Source: Anaeromyxobacteraceae bacterium (lineage in GTDB: Bacteria; Myxococcota; Myxococcia; Myxococcales; Anaeromyxobacteraceae). From it: 64,000 nucleotides of DNA. The position numbers and the translations under genes are program-made. The stretch covers positions 1,152,001 through 1,216,000 of the forward strand of contig JASGHJ010000002.1 of assembly GCA_047602405.1 (NCBI GenBank), read 5' to 3'. Shown here piece after piece: positions 10,101-18,590 of the stretch. The notes beneath the pieces were generated by a model. It worked only from the letters and a program-made list of their open reading frames with translations. It was not told the origin of the DNA and did not search any database. Numbering within the stretch: the stretch's first letter is position 1; each line of letters opens with the position of its first letter.

Positions 10101-10847
10101 GTGGCAGCTCGAGCAGGTGGTGGGCTGCGCCGTGCCCGACGCGGTGAGCGAGGCGTGCAGGACGCCGGGGAAGGCGTTGCCGTTCGCGAGCTGCGCGTGG
10201 CAGGTGTTGCAGCCCGCCAGCACCGTCGCGGTCAGGGCCGGCGACTGGTGGTCCATCGACATCGGGAGCTTCTGCGGCTGGGCGGAGAGCGAGGCGAGGG
10301 TCGTGCCGACGTAGGCGGGCACGAGCCCCGTCACCGTGACCGCGCGCGCGGGGTCCCCGACGAGCACGCCGGGGGCGCCGGCGTGCGCCCACTCGGTGGT
10401 GTTGTGGCAGGTCGCGCAGTCCTCGCCGCGGGTCGGGATGTGGGTGAAGCCGGCCTTCGGGAGGCGGGCGAACGCGGCCGCGACGTCGTGGCAAGCCGCG
10501 CAGCCGGAGGTGACGCCGGTGTGCGAGAAGCCGAGCTTGACCGGCGGGTTGTGGCACGCGAGGCAGGAGGCCGTCTCGAACCGGTACTCGGCCCGGATGA
10601 GGTGGAGCCGGTCGGTCACGTCCTTCGCGTGCGTGTGGCAGTCGGTGCACGTGACGACGGCGAACGTGCTCGGATCCGAGTGGCAGGTCGCGCACTCGAA
10701 GGCGTGGTCGCCCGTGTCGACCGGGAAGTACCGGTGGGTCGACGCGGTGATGCCCTTCGAGTCGGCGCCGCCGCCCAGGTCGCAGGCGCACAGCGCCGCG
10801 AGCGAGAGCGCAGCGAGCGCGGTCGGGCGGGAGGTCGTCTTGGTCAT
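7182..10847 (-). CDS. Large multiheme c-type cytochrome lipoprotein (29 CxxCH)
   Basis: 29 CxxCH motifs counted by eye in ~1221 aa; N-terminal signal with lipobox-like LAALCAC. Confidence 0.93.
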   Translation of the reverse strand: MTKTTSRPTALAALSLAALCACDLGGGADSKGITASTHRYFPVDTGDHAFECATCHSDPSTFAVVTCTDCHTHAKDVTDRLHLIRAEYRFETASCLACHNPPVKLGFSHTGVTSGCAACHDVAAAFARLPKAGFTHIPTRGEDCATCHNTTEWAHAGAPGVLVGDPARAVTVTGLVPAYVGTTLASLSAQPQKLPMSMDHQSPALTATVLAGCNTCHAQLANGNAFPGVLHASLTASGTAQPTTCSSCHADAMPVGFVGPTATSPARSPASGEMKHDAVAWVNGKPGTTPLLTSDCGACHVAPGATAASWATPRTGNGPAALYHASLGAQPASCLDCHANSRPTAAITTAVTAPPGQRTFDHANGATGECSTCHAGTGAGVTSWKGGKFHTAAAGTPSTCLPCHEGQRPTSTTGWLSTTFQTSPFDYGTNPAGVKHGNGMDCAVCHANPGTGQWGTNHNWAKGGFDHAARKPSTCMACHMSQRLDLQPGHTPAEWAALVTPNFDHATSGKGDCIGCHSKTVTRGAYVSYQLPGGDWRDASGYPGATIVSDPNSKVTITELLLTRTGTFVTGYTSTSLTLYGGMSHVSAGIPAAVSPGPESAPDNTKCWHCHAPYDASGNVLDFTTGTFHTALAGYKPTLNGAVSPLPQPTAHCSDCHAPMWPGGIVEAAGTNHLVSMDHSATFKAATVIDGVTANSVDDLDCSTCHHKPGPAAVGGAWNDGAFHKNIGAAVPADCVLCHYPLMASTAADVTSGTTYAMAHRAAVLTQQACEVCHTTALAQSTVASTAAQWKTGALHPKVTAQPTACLACHTGSAPAGTTQGTVAYAFPQGANGTSNTLQWMSHQATGVKGAECAPCHQADAKASGSAWSKASVYHVAGRTNAACSTCHGTANGNGTVQGTGNNLPAGVTDSTTKTTASAASGVVSTTLARIDHANSNVTTHECNFCHAQAGTSTAAGIAGKEWAQARFHASFTSTAPYVRNATTGRCSACHLGEKPGATFAAQDHSTFTNASTTKDCSECHDWPGTGSASAPNWLGAGAPALLTVGGFNVPAPPAPTTYVQAGLANLAHPDTAANPCSACHTGGIGGKAAIGYDHNSPAGVGTLITLQCNTCHEYGSDLVSTAWNKATTKASGAGDSRPYTLTSVTASYKGNTKTYTVDRHFLVDRAGAKLAVDCGNCHDAPAGLVTTSTGTTYTTRWAFKHPPENPKPAYCTLCHNPIPN

Positions 10848-11044
10848 GTCGTCACGCCCCAGCGTGAGGGCCGGCGGGGCTACCATTCATCGCCGGGTAA
10901 AACACTCTCCATGCTGCGGCATCCTGCCGCAAGATGGGGAAGTCAGTGGGGCTGTGGTGGAAGGTCCCACCCGGAGCGGGGAAGCGTTGAAATTCCTGGC
11001 GACACCGAGAGTGGAGTGTCGCCCGGGTGGGGAGGCCCACCCCA

Positions 11045-11401
11045 TCAAGGCCGCACCCCCGGCACGCGGCCCAGGTTCGCCTCGATCCAGGTCCCCAGCG
11101 CCTCGACGTGCGCCGCGATCTCCCGCCCGAGCGGCGTGAGCGCGTACTCCACCCGTGGTGGAACCTCGGCGTAGGCCTTCCTCGCGACGAAGCCGTCCTC
11201 CTCGAGCTGCCGGAGGGTCTGCGCGAGCATCTTCTCCGACACGCCGCCGATGCCGCGCCGGAGCTCGCCGAAGCGCCGCGTGCCCTCCAGGAGCACGAGC
11301 AGCACGAGGGCGCCCCACCGGCTCGTCACGTGGTCGAGCACGCGCCGGGAGGGGCACCGCGGGTTCGTGAGGTCGCCCTGGAGGAGGCCCTTCTTCGTCA
11401 T
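11045..11401 (-). CDS. HxlR-family transcriptional regulator (YtfH/QorR-like)
   Basis: CPSRRVLDHVTSRWG, RFGELRRGIGGVSEKMLAQTLRQLE, VPPRVEYALTPLG. Confidence 0.93.
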   Translation of the reverse strand: MTKKGLLQGDLTNPRCPSRRVLDHVTSRWGALVLLVLLEGTRRFGELRRGIGGVSEKMLAQTLRQLEEDGFVARKAYAEVPPRVEYALTPLGREIAAHVEALGTWIEANLGRVPGVRP

Positions 11402-11425
11402 GCCCCCATCCTAGCCGGATTCTGA

Positions 11426-11445
11426 TACTTACCGGAAGGTAGGTA
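11426..11445. promoter_or_regulatory. Probable HxlR-family operator
   Basis: TACTTACC-GGAA-GGTAGGTA imperfect IR between the divergent regulator and oxidoreductase, followed by a second degenerate copy. Confidence 0.6.
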
Positions 11446-11558
11446 CTTGCCAGTGGGAAGCAGCGGCGTTACGGAACGCATGTCGGCGCGGGGAGCCTCC
11501 GCAGTCCCGGTGAACCCACCCCGCGCCAGCACCCATTTCCGAACGGAGCCCGCACCCC

Positions 11559-12413
11559 ATGATCCTCGTCACCGGCGCCACCGGCCACCTCGGCCGCCTC
11601 GTCGTCGAAGGCCTCACGAAGAAGGTCCCCGCCGCGCAGATCGTCGCCGGCGCCCGCACCCCCGCGAAGGCGAGCGACCTCGCCGCGCGGGGCGTCCAGG
11701 TCCGCCACCTCGACTACGATCGCCCGGAGACCATCGAGGCCGCGCTCCGCGGCGTCGAGAAGGTCCTCCTCGTCTCGGGCAGCGAGATGGGCCGGCGCCT
11801 CCCGCAGCACACGAACGTCGTGAACGCGGTGGCGAGGGCCCGCCCGAAGCTGCTCGTCTACACGAGCATCCTGAAGGCCGACCGCTCGCGCATCGGCCTC
11901 GCCGACGAGCACCTCGCCACCGAGAAGCTCGTCACCGCGTCGGGCGTGCCGTACGTGCTCCTCCGGGACGGCTGGTACATCGAGAACTACACGGCGAACC
12001 TGGCCGGCGCGCTCGCCTCGGGCGTGCTCCTCGGGGCGGCCGGGTCGGGCAAGGTCTCGCCGGCCGCGCGGGCCGACTACGCCGAGGCGGCCGTCGCGGT
12101 CCTCACGCAGGACGGCCACGCCGGGAAGACGTACGAGCTCGCCGGCGACCGGGCCTACACGCTCGCCGACCTCGCCGCGGACATCGCGAAGGGGAGCGGC
12201 AAGCCGGTCCGGTACCAGGACCTCCCGGAGCGGGAGTACAGCGGGATGCTGCAGAAGTTCGGCCTGCCCGCGCCGGTGGCCGACATGCTCGCGAACGCGG
12301 ACGTCGGCCTCTCGCTCGGCGACCTCGAGGACTCGAGCGGCACGCTCCAGAAGCTCATCGGCCGGCCCACGACGACCTTCGCCGAGGGCGTGGCGGCGGC
12401 GCTGCAGGGCTGA
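11559..12413 (+). CDS. NmrA-like NAD(P)H quinone oxidoreductase (QorB/YtfG-like)
   Basis: ILVTGATGHLG, EHLATE, LRDGWYIENY, ARADYAEAA, LIGRPTT; divergent HxlR partner. Confidence 0.9.
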   Translation: MILVTGATGHLGRLVVEGLTKKVPAAQIVAGARTPAKASDLAARGVQVRHLDYDRPETIEAALRGVEKVLLVSGSEMGRRLPQHTNVVNAVARARPKLLVYTSILKADRSRIGLADEHLATEKLVTASGVPYVLLRDGWYIENYTANLAGALASGVLLGAAGSGKVSPAARADYAEAAVAVLTQDGHAGKTYELAGDRAYTLADLAADIAKGSGKPVRYQDLPEREYSGMLQKFGLPAPVADMLANADVGLSLGDLEDSSGTLQKLIGRPTTTFAEGVAAALQG

Positions 12414-12665
12414 CCCGCCGCCGACCCGGTCGACGCCGCCCGGCGGCCGCGCCGGCGTACGCGACGGTACGCACGCGCCGCGGCACGGGCACCGCAAACG
12501 TCCGCTCCGGTACACCTGCGGTACCTCGCGCGGGCGCGTTGCTCCACACCCGACGTCCCCGCGCACCACCCCAAGCGGCCCGGGAACGGTCGCACCCCGG
12601 CGGCGCTAGTGTGCCGATCACTCACAGTCATCTATGGGGGTGGCTGTGCTCGCATCGAGGCAACC

Positions 12666-13571
12666 ATGAAGATCGGATGGCTCGCGGCACGAGGGCTGCT
12701 CGTGGCGGTGGCGTTGCTCGTCGGCATGGGGGACGCGCAGGCCTGGCACGTGGAGGGGCGGGTGACGTGCTCGGGGAACGGCCTGCCGCTCGGGAACGTG
12801 GTGGTCAACGTCGTGAACGTCGCGGACGGGAGCCTCCTGTCGGCGACGACCGACGACGACGGCAACTACTGGCTCGCGCTGCCGGATGCGTCGGCGTCGT
12901 TCCAGGCCACCCTCGACCTCACCTGGGTGGGCGGCGGCACCGTCCTCGCCCCGGGCCAGCCCGCGGGCTTCAGCACGACCGACGCGGACTGGGCGATCAC
13001 CCTCGACTGGGTGGTGGAGTCGGCGGGCTGCGGGCGCCTCGGGTGCTGGCTGACCGCCGGCGGGGCCAAGTTCAGCGGTACGCCGCAGGGCTACGCCGAG
13101 AAGGGCCCGCAGGTGAACTTCGGCGGCAACGTCTACCCGAGCTGCGACGTGAACGGCGGGCAGGGCGGCCAGTGGAACCACCTCGACAAGGCCCAGAAGC
13201 TCCACTTCCAGGGCAACATCATCCAGGTCGACCGCTGCGGGAACGTGGACGGCATCCCGCCCGGCTCGACCTCGCCGGTGACCCCGTACAACTTCATCGA
13301 GTTCAGCGGCACGGGCCGCGTGAAGTCCACCGCGGGCAACGGGGTGGATCTCCCGTTCGTGTGCTTCCAGGCCCGGGCGGAGGACCGCAACGAGCCCGGC
13401 TCGAGCGGGACCCGCGACGGCGCGAAGAAGGACCGCTACTTCATCCGCGTGTTCGACTGCACCACCGGCGCCACGATCATCATGCTCGAGGATCCGGCGC
13501 AGCCGGGCCCGACCGACCCCGCCGCCATCACCGACGGCAACCTGCAGCTCCACGTGTCGAGCTGCTTCTGA
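12666..13571 (+). CDS. Secreted Cys-containing protein with post-COAP-1-like C-terminal domain
   Basis: Signal peptide ending AQA; WLTAGG...NFGGN...EDRNEPG...DRYFIRV...ITDGNLQLH pattern. Confidence 0.65.
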   Translation: MKIGWLAARGLLVAVALLVGMGDAQAWHVEGRVTCSGNGLPLGNVVVNVVNVADGSLLSATTDDDGNYWLALPDASASFQATLDLTWVGGGTVLAPGQPAGFSTTDADWAITLDWVVESAGCGRLGCWLTAGGAKFSGTPQGYAEKGPQVNFGGNVYPSCDVNGGQGGQWNHLDKAQKLHFQGNIIQVDRCGNVDGIPPGSTSPVTPYNFIEFSGTGRVKSTAGNGVDLPFVCFQARAEDRNEPGSSGTRDGAKKDRYFIRVFDCTTGATIIMLEDPAQPGPTDPAAITDGNLQLHVSSCF

Positions 13572-13635
13572 CCGGCGCGGGCCCCGCCGCTCGTCCCCGG
13601 GCGGGCGGCGGGGCATCCGTCGTAAGCTCCGCGGG

Positions 13636-14571
13636 GTGAAGGCCCTCCAGTTCGACGCCTACGGCCCCATCGAGCGGCTCGTCTTGCGGGACGTCCCGCC
13701 GCCGCGGCCGCGCGGCGGGCCGCTCGTCCGGGTCCGGGCCGCGGCGCTCAACCCGAAGGACGCGCTCTTCAGGAAGGGCCGGTTCCGGCTCCTCTCCGGC
13801 CGCCGCTTCCCGAAGTTCACCGGCGTCGACTTCGCGGGCACCGTGGAGGTTGCGCACGGCGAGCTCCGCGCCGGCGACGCCGTATTCGGCGCGCTCCACG
13901 AGTGGACCTTCGCGCGGGGCACGCTCGCGGAGCTCGTCGCGCCCAGGGCCGCCGAGGTGGCCCGGCTGCCGCCGGGCGTGGAGCCGGCCCACGCCGCCGC
14001 GACCGCGCTCGTGGGGCTCACCGCGCTGCAGGCGCTCCGCGACCTCGCGCGGGTGGGGCCCGGGGCGGAGGTCCTCGTGAACGGCGCCTCGGGCGGCGTC
14101 GGCACGGTCGCCATCCAGCTCGCGCGGCTCCTCGGCGCGCGGGTCACGACCGTCTCGAGCGACGCCACCGCCGCGCTGTGCCGCGCGCTCGGCGCGGCCG
14201 AGGCGGCCGGCTATGGCGCGCTCGACGACCTCCTGCGCTCCGGCCGCTTCGACGCGGTCTTCGACGTCTTCGGCAACCTGCGCTTCGCGCGGGCCCGCGG
14301 CGCGCTGCGCCGCCGCGGCGTCTTCGTCTCCACGGTGCCGAGCCCGCACCGCCTCCTGCGGGAGGTCCTGAGCCGGCGCTCGGCGCAGGAGGAGCGGCTC
14401 GTCATCGTGCGGCCGAACCGGGCGGACCTCGACGCGCTCGGCGCGTGGCTCCAGGCGGGCGCGCTGCGGGCCGTCGTCGACGGGCGGTTCCCGCTCGCCG
14501 GCCACGCCGAGGCCTTCCGGCGCCTCGAGTCGAGGCACGCGCACGGGAAGCTCGTGATCGACGTCGGGTGA
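13636..14571 (+). CDS. NAD(P)-dependent MDR alcohol dehydrogenase / quinone oxidoreductase
   Basis: VRVRAAALNPKD, GVDFAGTV, VLVNGASGGVG, HAHGKLVI. Confidence 0.9.
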   Translation: MKALQFDAYGPIERLVLRDVPPPRPRGGPLVRVRAAALNPKDALFRKGRFRLLSGRRFPKFTGVDFAGTVEVAHGELRAGDAVFGALHEWTFARGTLAELVAPRAAEVARLPPGVEPAHAAATALVGLTALQALRDLARVGPGAEVLVNGASGGVGTVAIQLARLLGARVTTVSSDATAALCRALGAAEAAGYGALDDLLRSGRFDAVFDVFGNLRFARARGALRRRGVFVSTVPSPHRLLREVLSRRSAQEERLVIVRPNRADLDALGAWLQAGALRAVVDGRFPLAGHAEAFRRLESRHAHGKLVIDVG

Positions 14572-14687
14572 TTGGCGGGGGGAGGGCGCGAGCGGGCGAG
14601 ACCCCTCCTGTACCGTCCGGTGCATTGCATCCTGCAAACAAATCACCCCGGGTGAATTCCCCGTTGGGGCGGGCTCCCGGCCCGAAC

Positions 14688-14701
14688 TTGACCTGGATCA
14701 A
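14688..14701. promoter_or_regulatory. Crp/Fnr-type binding site
   Basis: TTGAC-CTGG-ATCAA, 1 mismatch to TTGAT-N4-ATCAA, ~75 bp upstream of the ATG at 14776. Confidence 0.65.
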
Positions 14702-14775
14702 GCGGCTCTGGAATCGTGACGGAGCGTGCAAGGAAGCACGCTGCTCGCTCAAACCCCGTCTCTCCCGGAGTCCAA

Positions 14776-15732
14776 ATGACCAGGTCGTCAACGTTCGGGT
14801 TGGCGTCGTCCCTCGTGTTCGCCGCCGCCCAGCTCGCCGGCTGCGGACAGGAGCCCGCAGATCTCACCGGCACCGCCGAGGAGGCCCTCGCGCCGGTCGA
14901 GACCGGGGCGCCGCAGCTCGTCCCGCACCGGCTCAGGGGCGCCGCCGAGGGCGCCGTCACGGTGGGCAGCACCGGCGTCGTCACGCCGGCGATCACCCAC
15001 CACGGCGGCCCGGTCATCGGCACGCCGACCGCCTACGTCATCTGGCACGGCAACTGGAACCAGGCGAACGGCTCCGACAACGCCGCGGGCCAGCAGATCG
15101 TGCGGGACTTCCTCGCGAACGTGGGCGGCTCGCCTTACTTCAAGATCAACCAGACCTACTCGATCGCCTCCACCGCGGTGACCGGCAACGTCGGGTACGG
15201 CGGCGAGGCGACGAGCACGAGCACGAGCACCCGCCTGCGCGACGCCGACATCCTGAAGATCGTCAACGGCACCCTGGACAGCGGGGCGCTCCCCTACGAC
15301 CCGAACGGCGTCTACTTCGTGCTGACGTCCTCGAACGTGGCCGAGAGCTCCGGCTTCTGCACGAAGTACTGCGGCTGGCACACCGCCGGCACGGCGACGA
15401 AGGGCCACGTGCGCTACTCGTTCGTGGGCAACGCCAACCGCTGCCTCTCCGGCTGCGCCGCGCAGAGCGTCTCGCCCAACGGCAACGCCGGCGTCGACGG
15501 CATGGTCTCCGTCATCGCGCACGAGCTCGAGGAGGCGACGAGCGACCCGGACCTCAACGCCTGGTACGACAGCGGCGGCGCGGAGAACGCGGACAAGTGC
15601 GCCTGGACGTTCGGCAACTACTCCACGCTCCCGAGCGGCGCGGCCTACAACATGACGCTCGGCGCCCGGAACTACCTCATCCAGCGCAACCTGAAGCACG
15701 CGGCGAGCGGCGACACCTGCACCCTGCAGTAG
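14776..15732 (+). CDS. Lipoprotein with EXORDIUM/phosphate-induced protein 1 (Phi-1)-like domain
   Basis: Lipobox LAGC; GVYFVLTS, FC..YCGWH, YSFVGN...C..GCA, PNGNAGVDGMVSVIAHELEE..SDP..NAWY, ENADKC. Confidence 0.8.
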   Translation: MTRSSTFGLASSLVFAAAQLAGCGQEPADLTGTAEEALAPVETGAPQLVPHRLRGAAEGAVTVGSTGVVTPAITHHGGPVIGTPTAYVIWHGNWNQANGSDNAAGQQIVRDFLANVGGSPYFKINQTYSIASTAVTGNVGYGGEATSTSTSTRLRDADILKIVNGTLDSGALPYDPNGVYFVLTSSNVAESSGFCTKYCGWHTAGTATKGHVRYSFVGNANRCLSGCAAQSVSPNGNAGVDGMVSVIAHELEEATSDPDLNAWYDSGGAENADKCAWTFGNYSTLPSGAAYNMTLGARNYLIQRNLKHAASGDTCTLQ

Positions 15733-15808
15733 CGCGGCGGCGCGCCCCGGGGGGCCAGGCCCCGGGGCGTTGCGCGGCGGGCGCGCCCGTGGAACCCTGC
15801 GCGGCTCC

Positions 15809-16681
15809 ATGGGCGCGCTCGTCCTCACCATCCAGTCGCACGTCGCGTTCGGCCACGTCGGCAACGACGCGGCCGTGTTCCCGCTCCAGCGGCTCGGCCT
15901 CTCGCCGGTCGCCGTCCACACGGTCCAGTTCTCGAACCACACCGGCTACGGCGCGTTCCGGGGCCAGGTGTTCGCCGCGGACCACGTCCGCGAGGTCGTC
16001 GCCGGGCTGCGCGACCGGGGCGTGCTCCCGCGCGTCGAGGCGGTGCTCTCGGGCTACCTCGGGGACGCGTCGATCGGCGAGGTGATCCTCGAGGTCGTCG
16101 CGGAGCTCCGGGCGCTGCGGGCCGCCGCCGGGCTCCCGCCGCCGCTCTACTGCTGCGATCCGGTCATGGGCGACGTCGGGCGCGGGATCTTCGTGCGCCC
16201 GGGCATCCCCGAGTTCCTGCGCGACCGCGCGCTCGCCGTCGCCGACGTGCTCACGCCCAACCAGTTCGAGTTCGAGGCGCTCACCGGGGGCCCGCTCGGC
16301 TCGCGCGCGGAGGCGGTCGCGCGGGCGCGGGCGCTGCTCGGCGCCGGCAGGCGCGCGGTGGTCGTGACGAGCCTTCGCACGCCCGACGTCCCGGCCGGAC
16401 AGCTCGAGACGCTCGCCGTGGCGCCGGGCGGGGCGGTCACGGTCGAGACCCCGTTCCTCCCGCTCGAGCCGCCCCCCAACGGCATGGGCGACGTGTTCAG
16501 CGCGATCTTCCTCGGCGCGCTCCTCCGCGGCGCGGACGTTCCCGAGGCCGCCGCCCACGCGACCTCCTCGCTCTTCGGGCTCGTGGCGCGCGTCGCACCC
16601 GGCTCCCGGGACCTCCCGCTCGTCGACGCGCAGGAGGAGCTCGTGACGCCCTCGCGCCGCTTCGAGGCGCGGGCGGTCTGA
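15809..16681 (+). CDS. pdxY: Pyridoxal kinase
   Basis: IQSHVAFGHVGN, TVQFSNHTGYG, CDPVMGD, TPNQFE, NGMGD. Confidence 0.93.
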   Translation: MGALVLTIQSHVAFGHVGNDAAVFPLQRLGLSPVAVHTVQFSNHTGYGAFRGQVFAADHVREVVAGLRDRGVLPRVEAVLSGYLGDASIGEVILEVVAELRALRAAAGLPPPLYCCDPVMGDVGRGIFVRPGIPEFLRDRALAVADVLTPNQFEFEALTGGPLGSRAEAVARARALLGAGRRAVVVTSLRTPDVPAGQLETLAVAPGGAVTVETPFLPLEPPPNGMGDVFSAIFLGALLRGADVPEAAAHATSSLFGLVARVAPGSRDLPLVDAQEELVTPSRRFEARAV

Positions 16682-16706
16682 GTCCGCCGGCCCGCCGGGC
16701 GGGCGG

Positions 16707-17201
16707 TCAGGCCATCCAGCCCGGGATCGCGGCGGCCTGCTTCACCCAGGCGGACAGCTGGGCCTCGTCGCGGGCATCGTGCTCGCGAAGGTCGAGGTAG
16801 CGCACGTCGCGCTGCTTCGACGCGCCGGGCGGCAGCGGCTGGAGCGCGGCGCCCTTGAAGAAGGTCACCTTCAGGTAACGGTCGAAGCAGTGGAACGAGA
16901 GGAACCAGCCCTGGCCCTCGACGCCGTAGAAGGGCGAGTTCCACTTCACGGCCTTCTTCACGCCCGGCACGCTCCGGGTGACGACGCCGTCGACCCACGC
17001 GCCGAGCTCGCGCTTCCAGCCGGGGACGGCGCGGAGGTAGGCCTGCACCGGCGCGTCGCCGTCGGCCTTCGCGATTTGCGGGTTGCCGCCGGAGAGGAGC
17101 CTCGGGGGGCTCGCGTTCGTCCTCGCACGCGCCATCGCCTTCGGCCTGGGCTTCGGGGTGGACTTCGCCTTCGCAGGGCGGGGCTTCGCGCGGGTGGCCA
17201 T
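16707..17201 (-). CDS. DUF1801 (YdhG-like) protein
   Basis: LLSGGNPQIAKADGDAPVQAY, KAVKWNSPFYG, KVTFFKG. Confidence 0.85.
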   Translation of the reverse strand: MATRAKPRPAKAKSTPKPRPKAMARARTNASPPRLLSGGNPQIAKADGDAPVQAYLRAVPGWKRELGAWVDGVVTRSVPGVKKAVKWNSPFYGVEGQGWFLSFHCFDRYLKVTFFKGAALQPLPPGASKQRDVRYLDLREHDARDEAQLSAWVKQAAAIPGWMA

Positions 17202-17365
17202 GCGCCGGATGCTCGCAGATCCGGGGCCCTCACCGGAAGTGGCGGCGAGCCGGAGAACGATCGGGTCGCGCCCCTCGAACCGGTCGGCCTCGCGCGCCCG
17301 CTCGACTCGCCCGCGTCCCGCCCGGGACCGATGAGAACGTCCGGCCCGCGCAGTAGAAGGGGATC

Positions 17366-18025
17366 ATGAGCAAGCTCCGGGTCGAATCCTTCACGATCTC
17401 CCTCGACGGCTACGGCGCGGGCCCCGCGCAGTCGCTCGAGCACCCCCTCGGCGTCGGCGGCGAGCGGCTGCACGGCTGGGCCATGGCGACCCGCACGTTC
17501 CAGCAGAAGGTCTTCGGGAATCCGGACGGCGGCGAGGCCACCGGCGTCGACGAGGCGTTCGCGCGGCGCGGCTTCGAGAACGTCGGCGCGTGGATCCTCG
17601 GCCGGAACATGTACGCGCCGACGCGCGGCCCCTGGCAGGAGGACGGCTGGAAGGGGTGGTGGGGCCCGAACCCGACGTACCACTGCCCGATCTTCGTGCT
17701 CACGCACCACGCGCACGCGCCGATCGAGATGGAGGGCGGGACGACCTTCCACTTCGTGACCGACGGCATCCACCGCGCCCTCGAGCGGGCCCGCGAGGCC
17801 GCGGGCGGCAAGGACGTGCGGGTCGGCGGCGGCGCCGCGACCATCCGGGCGTACCTGACGGCGGTGCTCGTGGACTCGATGCACCTCGCGATCTCGCCGG
17901 TGCTCCTCGGCCGCGGCGAGCCGCTCCTCGCAGGCCTGGACCTGCCGAAGCTCGGCTACGCGGTCGCGGAGACCTCGCGCAGCGAGCGCGCCACGCACGT
18001 CGTGATCGCGAGGGCGGGGAGGTAG
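17366..18025 (+). CDS. Dihydrofolate reductase / RibD C-terminal family protein
   Basis: ISLDGYGAGP, WILGRNMY, FVLTHH, GGAATI, PVLLGRGE. Confidence 0.9.
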   Translation: MSKLRVESFTISLDGYGAGPAQSLEHPLGVGGERLHGWAMATRTFQQKVFGNPDGGEATGVDEAFARRGFENVGAWILGRNMYAPTRGPWQEDGWKGWWGPNPTYHCPIFVLTHHAHAPIEMEGGTTFHFVTDGIHRALERAREAAGGKDVRVGGGAATIRAYLTAVLVDSMHLAISPVLLGRGEPLLAGLDLPKLGYAVAETSRSERATHVVIARAGR

Positions 18026-18044
18026 GCGGCCGGGAGGCGCGCGC

Positions 18045-18506
18045 TCAGTACTCGCCCTTGATCACGAAGAACGAGCCGCGGATCGTCCCCGCGAGCTTCG
18101 ACTTCTGCCGGGCGAACTTGAACTTCGAGAGCTCCGCCGGCACGTCCATGCCGTCGGAGAGCTTGAAGCCGACGGCGCGCTTCTTCTTGTCCTTCAGGGT
18201 GTACAGCACGTTGATCGAGAGGCCGCTCTCGTAGAACACGTACGCCCACTTGATCCCCTCGACCTCGAACAGCGTCGCCTCGAGCGGCGGCGACGCGATC
18301 GCGAGGTCGCGCTCCTTCAGGATCTTGTGCACCCATCCGACCGTGCGCTTCGCCTCGTCCGCCGGCTTCGTCGCGAACTCGTGGTCGTACTTGTTCCTGA
18401 AGTAGCGGGCCTCGTTGGCGCGCAGGCCGGCGAGGGCCTTCGCCACCGGCGAGGACTCGAGGCCCTCGGTGGAGACGTTCTCGAAGTCGACGATCCCGGG
18501 CATCAT
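18045..18506 (-). CDS. Conserved-looking hypothetical protein
   Basis: GGAGGA RBS, typical codon usage; GLESSPVAKALAGLRANEARYF and VFYESGLSINVLY blocks; function not recognised. Confidence 0.75.
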   Translation of the reverse strand: MMPGIVDFENVSTEGLESSPVAKALAGLRANEARYFRNKYDHEFATKPADEAKRTVGWVHKILKERDLAIASPPLEATLFEVEGIKWAYVFYESGLSINVLYTLKDKKKRAVGFKLSDGMDVPAELSKFKFARQKSKLAGTIRGSFFVIKGEY

Positions 18507-18516
18507 GTCCTCCGCG

Positions 18517-18590
18517 ATGAGCTCATCCGCGTGGTTCCACGGTACCAAGGCCGACCTCGCGCCGGGCGGTCTCATCGAGGTCGGTCGGGC
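18517..18590 (+). pseudogene. arr: N-terminal remnant of a rifampin ADP-ribosyltransferase (Arr)-like gene
   Basis: MSSSAWFHGTKADLAPGGLIEVG matches the Arr N-terminal FxHGTKAxL..GDL motif; similarity ends inside the 3' end of the convergent RidA gene. Confidence 0.55.

Noticed and set aside
10848..11044. c-di-GMP-I (GEMM) riboswitch upstream of the cytochrome
   Set aside because: The conserved GGCAAAC...GAAA...GACGCAAA core is not present on the minus strand
6963..11174. 1403-aa + strand ORF and the many other long Arg/Gly/Pro-rich ORFs (e.g. 31291-35403, 60428-63841)
   Set aside because: Shadow or antisense frames of real genes; very high GC suppresses stop codons; no domain motifs
12481..12496. 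sigma54-like CGGCACG-N4-CCGCA upstream of the secreted protein at 12666
   Set aside because: Three mismatches to consensus in GC-rich DNA; too weak to call
18045..18506. Phage structural gene
   Set aside because: No phage context or recognisable structural motifs; left as hypothetical
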